A DNA stretch of 64,000 nucleotides from Eledone cirrhosa. Its lineage: Eukaryota. The number at the start of each line of letters is the position of its first letter. Position 1 is the stretch's first letter. Both the position numbers and the translations under genes were made by a program. Below, piece after piece: positions 1 to 13,421 of the stretch. Location: assembly GCA_964016885.1 (NCBI GenBank), contig OZ024743.1:322028001-322092000 (forward strand), read 5' to 3'. The notes beneath the pieces were generated by a model. The model worked only from the letters and a program-made list of their open reading frames with translations, was not told where the DNA came from and did no database searches.

Positions 1-984
1 GTGTGTTTATATATGTATGTTTGTTTATACGCATGCATATATCTTTCTCTCTCTCCTCTTACTATATATATATCTATATCTATTTGTGTGTGTGTGTGTG
101 TGTGTGTGTATAATACACATATATGTACATAAATACTTTAACATCTACATGCACTTAATTATACGCATACAAACGTACATACATACATGCAGGCACTGGA
201 CTGTCCTAAACCTTCACACAATCCCTCAGATATGCATATCTAATAGAAATCCCACAACATACCGTGAAGAAAGGAACATACATGCCTTTAGGAATTTCGT
301 GCATATAAATATACACTCACAGACATTCATCAGTGTGAGTATATACTCACACACACATACACACATACACGTTCACACACAGTGTACATATATATGTGAG
401 AGAAAGTGAGTGTCTATGTTATGTATGTATGTACGTATGTATAAGCACACATACATACACAATGCGCATATACATATGTGGGGGTGTGGTCAGAAAGAGA
501 GAGAAAGGATGTGTGTGTATATATGAATGTATGTATGTAAGCATGTATGTATGTATCTATGCATGCATGTATGCATGAATGTATGTATGTATTAGCACAT
601 ATACACACACATACAATGCGCTTATATCTGTGGGTGTGAATGTATGTATGTATGTATGTATGAATGTATGTATGAATGTATGAATGTATGTGTAGACACA
701 CATACTTGCTTGAGTTGGAATGGAGGATTTGAGGCTGCTTTTCTACGGATATCCTTCCTGGCGTCAAACCACTATACCTTAACATGGTAAATATACCGTA
801 GACATTCAACAAGCCGCCATACTGCAAGATGTATTGGATTAAACATAGGTCATTGCTGACTTTTATAAATATGTCGATATCATATTTGCGCACACTAACA
901 CACACACACATCTCTCACACAGACACACACACTCTCTCACACACATACACACACACACACACACGCACACACACATACACACAC

Positions 985-1240
985 GGCAAATTGGCAGAGT
1001 CATTAGAACGTCGGATAGAATGTTTTATAGTATTCGTTCCACAAATCCCGCGGGAGGTCAACTTTGCCTTTCATCCTTTCGAGGTCGATAAAAAACATAC
1101 CAGTCAAGTACTTGGGTCGATTATTCCTCTAGATATCTTTTCCTTTCTCTGCTTTACTCAAGCTTGGAGAGGGATGGGCTCCACCAGGCTTAAAATATCC
1201 AAGAAACGCCGTATTTCAATACGGCGGCCATATTGGACCA
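985..1240 (+). mobile_element. SINE S1 variant with alternative 3' tail (S1b)
   Basis: Same head and core, then ctggagagggatgggctcc...aaacgcc.t.tcaatacggcg. Other copies at 6480-6780(+), 21163-21455(+), 56755-57060(-) and 59890-60215(-). Confidence 0.82.
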
Positions 1241-1265
1241 TACATATATACATACATATATATAA

Positions 1266-1312
<47 letters not shown>

Positions 1313-1740
1313 AGTGTGTGTGTATGTGTGCGTGTATGTATGTATGTATGTATGCGTGAGAACATGGAACTACTCGGTTTGGTGCCCAAGCTATTGGTTA
1401 GCCTATAGAGAGAGAGACCCTTAGTTCTTGGTAGGACATATTTCTAGGAGAAGGAATATTCTGATGTAAAACCTGCGATTCGAGTGCAGTCAATAAACCT
1501 GTGGTTCTTTTTGGATAACTGCCACCGTTATACAGAGAATGGGATTGGACTTTCATGTGTGTTGCATTAGCATAGTCGCTTCTTTTTTCTTTCGCTGCAG
1601 CATATGCAGAAAGGAATCTAAATCCTTGGCATGGCTAAAAAAATCATGTTCTTGCTACCCATGTATGAGAAAATGATCAAAGCGTGGCAATTTTCAAAAC
1701 TAGCGGCAACCGTTACGTATGTATGTATATATGTAACACA

Positions 1741-1780
<40 letters not shown>

Positions 1781-2843
1781 GACATGTAGTGAAAGAAAAC
1801 TATACCTATGGAAGTGCGAAGATGTTTATATTATGATAGCTACACATAAAGTTTTGCGGACATCCACCATATTTATGACACGTTGTATAATGTGGGTATG
1901 GGTTTGACATTAGATAATGCCTACTTCACACGCGAAATCCATGGTCTCTTTCGGAGCGATTTGTTGTCTTATTACACACAGACACGCACGCACGCTCGCA
2001 CCTACACACATATACATACTTTCATATACATATATAGACGGGGGGGGGGGGGGGGTATTTTGCTATAGTAAGTCATGTACGTTACACTTGCCCAATACAT
2101 ATATATTTCTGTGTGATTGCTGTTGTGGTTGGTTATATCTAGTTCACCATAGGCAGTGACGTTTTCTGCATGAATGTCGGTGACCTCTTGCCGTGTCCTC
2201 AGCAACAGGATTCTCAACACAACTGAACCTCCTGTGATCGCGGAACGTGAGGTAGCCTCCACGATACGGAACCAGCTCAGCTTCCACCCTTCGGACGTCA
2301 CCCCCCCCCCCCTCCTGTTTGTAGAGTCCAGTTCCCCCCCAAAAATGGGGTGCCATCCAGTTCAACATGGCCTTTGACAGGTTAGTTCACCGGCTTGACC
2401 AGCCCCACCAGGCATGCTTTTGCTCGGCCTCTATCTCCACAGTGGTGCCTGGCTCAACACAGTACCACCACTTTCGACAGGCACTCAGCTCGATAGTGAC
2501 GATTTTGCGTATCGTGGCTTCCCTGAGACTCGGCCTCCGGGTCTGTGAGTTTCACAAATGTCGCTGCATATCGATTTCCTCCGACGTAGTGCTGCTCTCA
2601 ATGAGATTATAAAACATAGCCACTCGAGCCAATGGGGTTAGACTGATGGGCGGCAAAAGGCCAGACGACATGACAATATTCCTGTACTGTAGAGGTAGGC
2701 CTTTCATCTGGGATGCTACATATTGCAACCCCTTCCCCAACGGTAGCCTGGTGCGCTGGCTACCAGCCCATGTTTAGCCCATGGTCATCACTGGTCGAGC
2801 AGACATATGATCAAATATATTCCAGGCATGATGTAATCTAGAA

Positions 2844-3196
2844 CAGAGTTCCCAACCTAGGGGATATCACCCACCGGTGGGCGATATCAACTGTTGGGTG
2901 GGTGATGAGCAACTGAACAGAAAATGGTGGGCCACTGGAAATTTTAGTGGACGATATATGATGTTGGGTATTAAGAATGTATTTCAACATATGCTACCAG
3001 AAAAAAAAGTATTCAAAGAGGATATGCGAAGAACCTACATAAAAGAAAACAGGAGACTAAATGCGAAGAACGAACCAGTAACAAACTTTTACCAAACATT
3101 TTTGGTATGATTTTAAATATTTACTATACAGGTGGGCAGTGGCACATTTTTTCATTTGAAAGTGGGCGATGACGCACAAACGTTTGGGAAGCCCTG
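2844..3196. mobile_element. hAT (Charlie-like) MITE
   Basis: TIR cagagttcccaacc / gtttgggaagccctg. The left flank atctagaa fits an NTCTAGAN target. Confidence 0.6.
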
Positions 3197-3559
3197 GTCT
3201 ATTATAGAACAACATTATCGAAACGTCTTTTTTTTTTAAATACTGTAGGCTATAATTGGGGGTGGGGGGTATCTTAGTTACTATTTCTAATAGGTTAATT
3301 AAAAACGTCTTTTTCAATAATTCGTCGTCGTCGTTGAGGCTGTTATTGTTCTTATGACATTGCTTATGGTTATTTAAATGACATTGTCGGAACAAAGAAA
3401 GAAATAGCCAACATCCCAGAAATATAGAAATACATCCGGGTGCCTAATTCCATTGTTTTGAACTATGCGTGACAAATAGAGTTGCTGTCAAAATAACACA
3501 GAGTTCAATGGCATGACATGTGCTTTTCTGTTAGTGTCTACACACACACACACACACAT

Positions 3560-3699
<140 letters not shown>

Positions 3700-3933
3700 G
3701 TCGATTCTGAGTAGAATCGGGGGTAATCACAGTGAATAAGGTACTCAATACATAAATAGAGTGACGATAGAGGTTTATTATGGAAAAGGCTTCTACAATT
3801 CTAGTCCTGTAGAAGCCTTTTCTATCATAAATTAAGCCTATATATAAATATATATATAGAGATAGAGAGAGAGAGGGAGATAGATAGAGAGAGAGAGATA
3901 AAGAGAGAGAGTGAGAGAGAGAGATGATACATT

Positions 3934-4181
3934 ATTTATTTATGTTCATATACGTAACAAAAAGCGCTACCTAAGGTTTCAAGGTCCGATTATGACCATC
4001 TCCCAAGAGATGTACACGGCGGTGTAGAGTGGAAGACTGATCAAATTTATGACTAAGTCGTCACATGCTTTTTGATCACTCTTCCACTCCGCACTACAGC
4101 ACACAATCTGGGGAGACGGTCATGGTTGGACCTTGAAACTTTAAGTAGTGCTTTTTCTTCTGTGTATGAACATAAATAAAT
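3934..4181. repeat. Diverged inverted repeat with ~110-bp arms
   Basis: atttatttatgttcata / tatgaacataaataaat, gtttcaaggtcc / ggaccttgaaac, gagtggaaga / tcttccactc. Confidence 0.85.
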
Positions 4182-4232
<51 letters not shown>

Positions 4233-4636
4233 TATAAATTCAAAATAGGGACCGCACAGGACAAAGACAATGGAAAAGAAACAGCAGAAAGACTGACAGC
4301 CCCATCTCCTAAGTCAACCTCTGGAGATCACTACGGTTTCAGTCCACATTGGGACATAACAAAACAGGTAGAGACAAGTTTTGCCTTTGGACAAATTACA
4401 TATAGTGTGCGCAAGGGCTTAGTCAAAGGAGAAAAATATAGAAAGGAGAGAAATAGTAAAACAGAAGGGAATAAGGACTGTTGTCCAACGTGTAGACAAA
4501 GAAGGACTCTGAGGCGTCGAAAAGGGTGAATAGGGGAAAAACAGGCCGGGAAATGTGATGTCTATTATATGATAATTTCAAAAAATGCCTGCATGGCTAA
4601 GTCTTTAGAATATAAATTTAAAATAGGGAGCGCACG

Positions 4637-4775
<139 letters not shown>

Positions 4776-6854
4776 TCCACTTATCCTGCCGAGGTTAACT
4801 TTGCCTTTCATCCTCACGGGGTCGATAAAATAAAATACCAGTAATGCACTGGTGTAATTGCTGGCCTTGTGCCAAAAGTAGAAACAATTATTATTAATGT
4901 TTTCTCTCTTCTTTCTCATCTTCTGCAAATCTTCCAGGAACGCAGCCTTTGCAAGCCCTAAAAATAATTTTGTTCTCTTGATTCAAGACACACACACACA
5001 CACACACATTTTTAATATTTTATATTTTATATTTGATAAGAATTTTATACCAATCAAAACCGATTATATTTAATGCACCAATTATAAAATTATTCATTCT
5101 GTCGAAAAAATAATCTTTAAATAATCTGTGCATTTTCACCTTTACTTTTTAACTATAACCTTTGATTTGTATGGAACTTTACCCCGTTTTGCAACTATAT
5201 ATATATAAACAGTCAATCGACAAGATCCCAGACCTCATACGCTTAAAGTTTGGAGTGGAGCTCGTAAAATCGGACCGGGGAAACAATGTTTCCATTTGTC
5301 TTTCAATTGCAAATACTATCTACCGGTTGCAAATCCAGGCAGAAGGAGCAACGTGAAATTCAAGGACATAACGCATTGTCCGCTCTGGGAATCGAACTCG
5401 CACCCTCATGATTGCGAATCCAACTCCCTAATCTCTCAGCCATTATATATATAGTAGAAACAGGAACGTCCGTGATACAGTAAAGTACATATGATAAAAT
5501 GATAAGAATTACTTTTTTGGTGGGTGGTAGTCTTTAATGGTCGAATGTTTTACAACGTGTTGTACTTGTAAAACACACACAAGCATGCCAAATGTATATT
5601 TAGGTACGTACGCACGTGTGTATGTATGTGTATGAGTATACATTTTTGTCTGTCTGTGACAAAATATTCAAATGTTCAGGATGTTTCTGTTAACTTGTGT
5701 TGTATATTTTCCCAAAAGATTTCATATTTTAATGGTATTTGACGAATATTTTTATACAATACACACAAAAAAATTACTCTAGTACTCTCGTGTGGGAACG
5801 ACTAAGTAATGATAGCAGCATAGTATATAATATATTCCAAATATACATAAAAGAACAAGACAGTTAAGTGCAATTTTGTGAAGATTCTCAGAGCAAATAA
5901 ATATTCAATATAGAAAAACTAGTTTCTCAGACATTAGCAGGTTTCAGGTGATTGAACATTCTCATCAGTAAGACATAATAACATTTAATTACAAAATATT
6001 CTAATGCTTCTCTAACTCAGATGGTCCGGAAATATTTGAAAAAGTTAGAATAAAAATTCATGGTTAAGATGATATTTAACCAACACAAAATATCTAGTCT
6101 TTTTAATATTACACACAAATCACATATCGCAATGTATTGTTTAATAACTCGCCAACGTAAATAGAACGAGAGACACAATGAGAAAATTCTACACACAAAA
6201 TATAAAAACTTGAATGGTCGTGTGAACAAGTGTTTGGTGAACTCGTGAATGAATGAATGTGTACTTGAATGAATGAACGAATGCAAGGAACAATTACTGA
6301 ATGAATGTGTGGCTGAATGTAATCAGTCCAGTTGTTGTTATTGCTGATTTTATTAGGAGGCGGGGTATCGTTTAGCTCTGAATAATCCAGAGTCTAGCAG
6401 TCAATAGTGGATTCAGACATGCATTTTCGAGTTTAATGCGTGTAGCACCTTGGGTAAGGTTTGACAAAATCTATATTTAGCAGAGTCGTTAGAACGTCAG
6501 GTAAAATGCTTTCGGCTCTCAGTTCAAATCCCGCCGAAATCAACTTTACTTTTCATTCATACAAAGTCGATACAAAAGGTACCAGTCTAGTACTGAGGTC
6601 AATACTTCCTCTGTGTTTCTTTCTCGCTCCCATTCTCTCACTCTCTATCGTTCTCTGGAGGAAATCTATATTCAAACCTGGAGAAGAGAACGGCTCCACC
6701 AAGGTTTAAAAAATACCCTAGAAACTCCTTATGTCAATATGGCGCTCCTACGACTACCTCGTGAGTTACGAGACCATATTACACAACATTGTGTCGGACA
6801 AGAGGATAGGTACCGCAATCTCTTGGGGTACATAGTTATAACCATTGCGTTATA

Positions 6855-7331
6855 AAGTTCAAATTCTGCTGTCGTTGATTTTGCCTTTTACTTTTCTACG
6901 CTCGATAAAGAAAGTATGTTATGAACTGGAGGTAATTTAATCGAATATGCTCTCCTATGTAATTTGTGGTCTTGGTTCAATGCTAAAGTAATGGGTGGTG
7001 GTTTGGCAGTATCGGTAGAGCGTCAGACACCATGCTTTCCGCCCTCGCGGTTAACTTGGTTTTTCATCCTTACGGCGTCGATAAAATAAAGCACCAGTAA
7101 TGCACTGGGGTAATTGCGGGCCTTGTGCCAAAAGTATAAACATTACTTAGGGTGGTGGATTAGCAGTATCGGTAGAGTATGCTTTGCAGCATAAATTTAT
7201 GGCCTTTTACTTTCTGAGTTCAAATCCTGCCGAGGTTAACTTTGCCTTTCATACTAACGGGGTCGACAAAATAAAGAACCAGTAATTCATTGGGTTAATT
7301 ACTGGCCTTGTGCCAAAAGTAGCAACAATTA
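6855..7331 (+). mobile_element. Three head-to-tail SINE S1 copies
   Basis: Core motif at ~6880, ~7060 and ~7240, with heads at 6993 and 7150. Confidence 0.8.
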
Positions 7332-8310
7332 TAAAAACAACACAGTCTTCGTTCAGAAAGAATTGTTGTTGTTTAGCCCAAGGTCAGTCATAATTGAGCA
7401 GACCTATGATCAAGGGTGTTTTAACCATGACCATCTATGTTTGTTTCAGGCATCATGTTTCTAAAACTACATTATCGGCGAATTTGATTGCTCTTCCTAA
7501 CATGTTGTTTTTGTGTTCAAAAGTAAACATAGCAACAACGCTTTTTGTATATTGAATTTCATTTTTTCGTAAAAGTGGTTTCCTTTCTACGCTTAACGTG
7601 TTGGTCACCTAACATACACTCAGGTAGGACAGGGATCAACAGCTTATTTTAGTAAGGTTCGCTTTTGATTTTAGGATTTTTTTTTTTTTTTAGTTTTGCT
7701 CATGACCCACATGTCTTTCATATGATACGTTGCGGACAGAAATTTGAAAAAGCCACAGTAAACACCTCAACGGTGCCAATTGCCAACTCCTGAATTAGGG
7801 TAACATGCGTTATCAGAGGAAACCGGTGAAAGGTTATGTCGTTGAGCACAACTAGAGAATAGATGAATGGAAGTCTAGGAGACTGAATGAATGGAATGAT
7901 CCGAATTGACAAGATCCCAGACCTCATTCGCTTATCGAATAGGGTGGAACTCGTCAGAGAGGACCAAGGATACAATGTTTCCATTGGTCTTTTCAATTGC
8001 TAATACTATCTACCGGTCACAAATCTTGGCAGAAGAAACAATGTAAAATAAAGTGTTGTGCTCAAGGACTTAACAAATCGCCCGGCCCGGGAATCGATAT
8101 CTCAACCTTACTATTACGAACCCAACTCTCTAACCACTAAACCACGTACCTAGAAGACTTCGGTAGATTAATTACCGTGGTAGTTGTAGTAGAGGCAGAA
8201 TCTGATGTTTCAGACTCTTGTCTTGTGTCTGCAAGTGAAGAAGTGGGAGAGGTAATATGTGAGTGTTGTTTCCCTGACTAACAAATGACGAATGAATAGA
8301 ACGTAATAAT

Positions 8311-8500
8311 TGTTTCTACTTTTGGCACAAGGCCAGTAATTAACTCAATGAATTACTGGTACTTTATTTTATCGACCCCGTAAGGATGAAAGGCAAAGCT
8401 AACCTCGGCGAGACTTGAACTCAGAACATAAAGGGTCATAACTCTATGCAGCAAAGCAAGGTGTCTGACGCTCTACCGATACTGCCAATCCATCGCCCTT
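8311..8500 (-). mobile_element. tRNA-derived SINE (family S1) with 14-bp TSD
   Basis: A box tggcagtatcggtagagc, B box gagttcaagtc, core gcctttcatccttacggggtcgataaaataaagtaccagt. TSD tagaacgtaataat at 8297 and 8501. Confidence 0.9.
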
Positions 8501-8821
8501 TAGAACGTAATAATGAAACCTATGATAAGGGGAGAATGTGGGAGTAGTGGTGTAAGTTGATCAGAAGTCTGGGTTATGAGAAGTACAAAGCAGGAACTGA
8601 AAATGTAAGATGGAGTAAGCCAATTGCTAAAGCAGTATGGAAAGAGGAATTCAAGAGAAGAGTTGCAAATATATCTAAGTAACATAACAAAGAAATTTTC
8701 GAGAAAAAACATACTCTCTCTCTTTCTCTCTCCCACAATTACATACACACACACACACACACACAAACATAATATATACAAACACAACATTCATTTTTTC
8801 TTTTCAATTTTTTTTTTTTAG

Positions 8822-8953
8822 ATCATTTATAAAAATTCTGAATTCTTTGCTTCAGTACTTCCTAAGATGGCAGAACTAACACTCAAACAAGTGAACAATC
8901 ATCCACACACAAACAAAGAACTCTACAAAACAATAGCATCTAATATTCTGCTG
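8822..8953 (+). other. Candidate coding exon (IIYKNSEFFASVLPKMAELTLKQVNNHPHTNKELYKTIASNILL)
   Basis: Poly-T + AG acceptor, 44 open codons and a GTTGGT donor. A possible final exon follows at 9017 (VTAKLW*). Confidence 0.4.
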
Positions 8954-9526
8954 GTTGGTTATCTGTAGATGTGTGGAAGTTAAGTGTATAAATGATTATA
9001 TAACTATTACTTACAGGTGACCGCTAAACTCTGGTGACTTTTTACAGTAAACTGTAATATCTTTCTGAAAATAGAAGGAAAAGCTTTTTATTTTCATGTC
9101 TTTTAATAAGGAATTTGTAACTGTTATTTATAAAAAGTACTTCAGACATTGATATTTTTAAAATAGTAGAGTACACACACTGTATGGCAAAGATTTGGCG
9201 CAAATGTTATTTTTTATCCTTCTTACGTGATCAATTCAGTTTTTTCCTCTAAACCTTTAGAGGTGGTAGAGCAAAACGAATTTCCGAAACCTGTAATATT
9301 ATTTGGATTCTTTGGGTGGATTTTGTAATAGCATGAGAAAGACTGCACAAAGAAGTGTGTTTTCAATTACATGGGTGAAAACCCAGTTTGGTGCAACCCG
9401 TGTAATTCAAAACACACTTCTTTCTGTGTTTATTTCTATATATTATATTATAACGGGCCCAGTTTTTATACATTGACCTCATAAATTACAGGGTATTAAC
9501 GCGAGTTTTTAACTCCGTTTTTCATT

Positions 9527-9560
<34 letters not shown>

Positions 9561-9717
9561 CGTGTATATGTATATATTGCCGAGAATAAGTGACACAGTC
9601 ACTACTTTAAAATTCATAGCGAATGGTCTTCTAAATGTTTTTAATTAAACATACGGTATATTGCAAAATATACTATATATACATTCATATATATATGTAT
9701 ATGTATGTATATATTCT

Positions 9718-9796
<79 letters not shown>

Positions 9797-9862
9797 CTGT
9801 GCATTTGGCTTGTGTGTGAGTGTGTGTGTATGTATATGTATATATATATATAAATATATATG

Positions 9863-9912
<50 letters not shown>

Positions 9913-9914
<2 letters not shown>

Positions 9915-10050
9915 TGTTATACTTTGGGAGGGTCATGTTGCCAATAAGAAACACACGCACCATTTGCTTTCACTTCAATGTTTAACAATATCGGTTTCAA
10001 CACACGTTTTCAGATAAAGAATCTTGCTAAACAAATTCAGAAACGAAATA
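9913..10050 (+). mobile_element. Minimal P2-family footprint (two termini joined in inverted orientation)
   Basis: ttgttatactttgggagggtcatg... fused to aacaatatcggtttcaacacacg...cagaaacgaaat. Same ends as the 23735 and 49583 copies. Confidence 0.85.
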
Positions 10051-10294
10051 TATTATATATATATATATCGATTCTTTGCTTAAACTTTAATCTGTTATTT
10101 TAATAAATATTTGCTCTACGGTTCTTATATATTTGATATATATTTATCCTTATCGAGCCCTCTTTGGATTTTAGTCTTCAAATTTATTATTATTACTATT
10201 ATTACTATATATATATACATATTATATATATATAGTACAATAAAGTACCAGTAATGCATTGGGTAATTGCTGGCCTTGTGCCTAAAGTAGAAAC

Positions 10295-10381
<87 letters not shown>

Positions 10382-10421
10382 ACATATATATTATATATAT
10401 ATATATATATTATATATATAT

Positions 10422-12323
10422 ATGCCAAAACTTGGCATTGAAAAAAAGACCGAACCATTCCTCCCAAGAACTCCGAGGATAAATCTCAAGGATCACAAAA
10501 ACAATTTTCGCACTGAACTACCTGTTAGATTAATCGCCCCCTCTAAATCAGATCTGGGGGTTGTTAGTAAAGCCATCTTGGATAGAATTATCCCACAGGT
10601 TCGTTCTAATTGCTCTTCTTTGAACCTAAATTTATGGTTTGGTACTTCTGAAGTGATTAGCTGGTTCAACAAATTGAATAATAAAAACAAACTAAAATTT
10701 GTTCAATTTGATATTGCCAGCTACTATTCTTCTATTTCGCCTTCACTTCTCAATAATGCTCTATCTTTCGTTCTTAAATATTCTGACATCACCACAGATG
10801 AACTTCACATCATTCTCACCGCACGTAAAACCATCCTAGAGTTCAACAACGAATATTGGACCAGAGCCGATACCTCTAACAACTTCGACATCACAATGGG
10901 AGCATCCGATTCATCCCAATTGACAGATTTAATCGGTATCTTTATTTTGAACTCTTTGAGTCGGAAAATTCCTCAACTTCGCGGTGGAATTTATCGTGAC
11001 GATGGACTCTTTACTATCTTAAATTGCAACATAGTTAACCTTAATATTATTAAGAACAATATACGTAATCTCTTTAACCAACATAACCTAAAAATTGAAT
11101 TTGATAACAGTATCAAACTAGCTAATTTTTTGGATGTATCTCTTAATCTTGACACTGGCCTATATTACCCTTACAATAAAAACAATGAGAACCTAAATTA
11201 TGTTAACTTTAAATCTAACCATCCTACTAATATCAAGAATGCTATAGTTAGTAATATTGGAAAAAGAATATCTAACCTATCTTCTAATAAAAACATCTTT
11301 GATGCTAACGCCAATTACTATAATAACGCGCTTTCTAAAGCCGGCTATCCTGATAAAATCAAATATAGTAAAGAAACAAATTCTAGAAGAACTTACAGTA
11401 GAATAATTAATCATGATCATTCCAATAACTTTAATAAAAGACCTAGATACAAAAACATAATCTGGTATAATGCTCCTTTCTCCATCTCTATTAATAACAA
11501 TATTCCTAAATTATTCTTTAGTGCCTTAAATAAATGCTTCCCTCCCTCACATATATATAGTAAAATATTTAACAAACACACTATAAAATTTTCCTATTCT
11601 ACATCCTCCAATATTTCCAACATTATCTCTAAACACAACAATAAAATACTAAATACTAAATCTCTTCCTTCCAACACTGAATATCATAATAATAGTAATA
11701 GTACTCCCGACGTCATTGTAAACCCTAGGCTAATTTCTGCAAACCCAAATACAACGTCAAACACAACTTCGCTAAATGTTTTTAATCCCATTCTAAATCA
11801 AGAAACTATTATTCCTATCGCAAATAACTTCTCCAATCCAATTCCTTCTATAGATAACACTAGGTCACTCGTTAGTAATCTTTCTAATCGCAATTGCAAT
11901 TGCCCTGTTAAAAATAAATGTCCTCTCAACAACCATTGTCTTTATAAAAACTTAATTTACGAATGTAAAGTTATAACTGACACCAACTCCTTCACCTATT
12001 TTGGCTCCACTTCTACCTCTTTTAAAGCTCGTTTTTATAACCATCATTCGTCTTTTAAATACAAACTTAAAAGAACCAACACGGCTCTCCCAGAACTCAT
12101 ATGGTCCTTGAAAGACAAAAATATTAAATATAGCATCTTTTGGAAGAAGGTTTCTTCTGCGTCTCCATACTTGAACAGTTCTCTATCCAAAATTTGCAAT
12201 CTCTGTCTAAATGAAAAATTTACCATTATATCTAATTTAGATTCTATAATAAATAGACGCACTGACTTGTTTTCTATCTGCTTGCATAAATTCCACAAAA
12301 CATTCCACAAAGTATACAGCTAA
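10422..12323 (+). CDS. Penelope-like retroelement ORF (reverse transcriptase + C-terminal GIY-YIG endonuclease), 5'-truncated, Naiad-like
   Basis: RT motifs FVQFDIASYYSSI, FDITMGASDS, GIYRDDGL and NFLDVSLNL. Cys-rich linker CNCPVKNKCPLNNHC followed by LIY...YFG...FKARFYNH (GIY-YIG), then CNLCLNEK and CLH. The track's N-terminal 56 aa (10254-10421) derive from a SINE tail plus (TA)n and are not part of the element. Confidence 0.93.
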   Translation: MPKLGIEKKTEPFLPRTPRINLKDHKNNFRTELPVRLIAPSKSDLGVVSKAILDRIIPQVRSNCSSLNLNLWFGTSEVISWFNKLNNKNKLKFVQFDIASYYSSISPSLLNNALSFVLKYSDITTDELHIILTARKTILEFNNEYWTRADTSNNFDITMGASDSSQLTDLIGIFILNSLSRKIPQLRGGIYRDDGLFTILNCNIVNLNIIKNNIRNLFNQHNLKIEFDNSIKLANFLDVSLNLDTGLYYPYNKNNENLNYVNFKSNHPTNIKNAIVSNIGKRISNLSSNKNIFDANANYYNNALSKAGYPDKIKYSKETNSRRTYSRIINHDHSNNFNKRPRYKNIIWYNAPFSISINNNIPKLFFSALNKCFPPSHIYSKIFNKHTIKFSYSTSSNISNIISKHNNKILNTKSLPSNTEYHNNSNSTPDVIVNPRLISANPNTTSNTTSLNVFNPILNQETIIPIANNFSNPIPSIDNTRSLVSNLSNRNCNCPVKNKCPLNNHCLYKNLIYECKVITDTNSFTYFGSTSTSFKARFYNHHSSFKYKLKRTNTALPELIWSLKDKNIKYSIFWKKVSSASPYLNSSLSKICNLCLNEKFTIISNLDSIINRRTDLFSICLHKFHKTFHKVYS

Positions 12324-12740
12324 TATCCAAATCTTTATCAATTTAGAATCTTTTTCTCAAAGGCACATATATATATATATACACTTCTTTAAAAATATAC
12401 CCACCTTCCTACCTTATTTCAAAGGTTATTATACATTCTATAATACTTGTTACTCATTCTATATCGCTCCTATTTATCACTTCCCTTTCTTCTCTTTTTC
12501 TTTTAATGTCTAACCCCTAATCTGTACCTTTTCTCACTGTTGCCTAACATAGAATCAATTATTACATAATACAATACATTCTTACTCTATATCACCTTGT
12601 AAAAATCCTTCGTAAACATAAACATCTTTTTGAGTTAGATTATTCATCCTCAATTCATTATTCTTTTCTCCCTTTCATCTAACTCATTCATGCTCATCTC
12701 ACAATATATCCTTACTTAAATTACCTGTTGTTCTTTTTAA

Positions 12741-12907
12741 TAATACATATCAACATTTTCTTTCCATCGCACATATTATTAAACCCTTAAATATCATTCT
12801 TAATACATATTAACTTTTTCTTTCCATCGCACATGTTATTAAACCCTTAAATATTATTCTTAATACATATTAACATTTTCTTTTCATCGCACATATTATT
12901 AAACCCC
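12741..12907 (+). repeat. ~60-bp tandem repeat, ~2.8 copies, in the PLE 3' UTR
   Basis: taatacatat-aacattttctttccatcgcacatattattaaaccc recurs at 12741, ~12801 and 12861. Confidence 0.9.
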
Positions 12908-13262
12908 TCAATATACAAACCTTAACTTTACATTATTTTTCTCTTCGTTAATTTTCAAATTCTTTTAATTTATACATTATCTTCCAACGGTTTTCAACCT
13001 CTCTATGTAAAACAATATATCTTTCTCAGTTATAAAAGCTATCTCTCTCTCTCTATCACCCATCTCTCCTCCTATCTCATCCTTCCTCATTATACTCCTC
13101 CTTCTCCACTTTTTACTCTCATCTCCTCCTCTTTCTCATGCCCCCCCCCCCCTCAAAATAAAATATTTTTCCCAATATCACACATCAATCTAAACCTATT
13201 TCTCATATGTTGATTTAAAACTGCACTATCCACAAGTGTTTTTTAACCTTCATATGTCTTCC

Positions 13263-13333
13263 TGTTTTATCTGATGAAAACACAAATATTATTGCATGAT
13301 GATATTTGTTTTTGAAATGCGCATAATAAAATA
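13263..13333 (+). ncRNA. Minimal type-I hammerhead ribozyme
   Basis: tgttttat-CTGATGA-[aaacacaaatatt...gatatttgttttt]-GAAA-TGCGCA-TA-ataaaata. Stems I and II pair and stem III is palindromic. Confidence 0.85.
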
Positions 13334-13361
13334 CATGGAACTCTTTTAACCATCTTTTGTT

Positions 13362-13421
<60 letters not shown>

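Larger units (their letters stand above)
10424..13362 (+). mobile_element. Penelope-like element (ORF + ~1-kb 3' UTR with hammerhead) inserted between (TA)n tracts
   Basis: ORF above, pyrimidine-rich 3' UTR, hammerhead at 13263-13333, and (TA)n on both flanks. Confidence 0.85.

Noticed and set aside
10254-10421. N-terminus of the 689-aa ORF
   Set aside because: It is a SINE 3' end plus (TA)n that happens to be in frame with the truncated PLE ORF.
10422-13362. Selenoprotein-type Naiad element
   Set aside because: There is no in-frame TGA in the visible ORF (it ends in TAA) and I recognised no SECIS.
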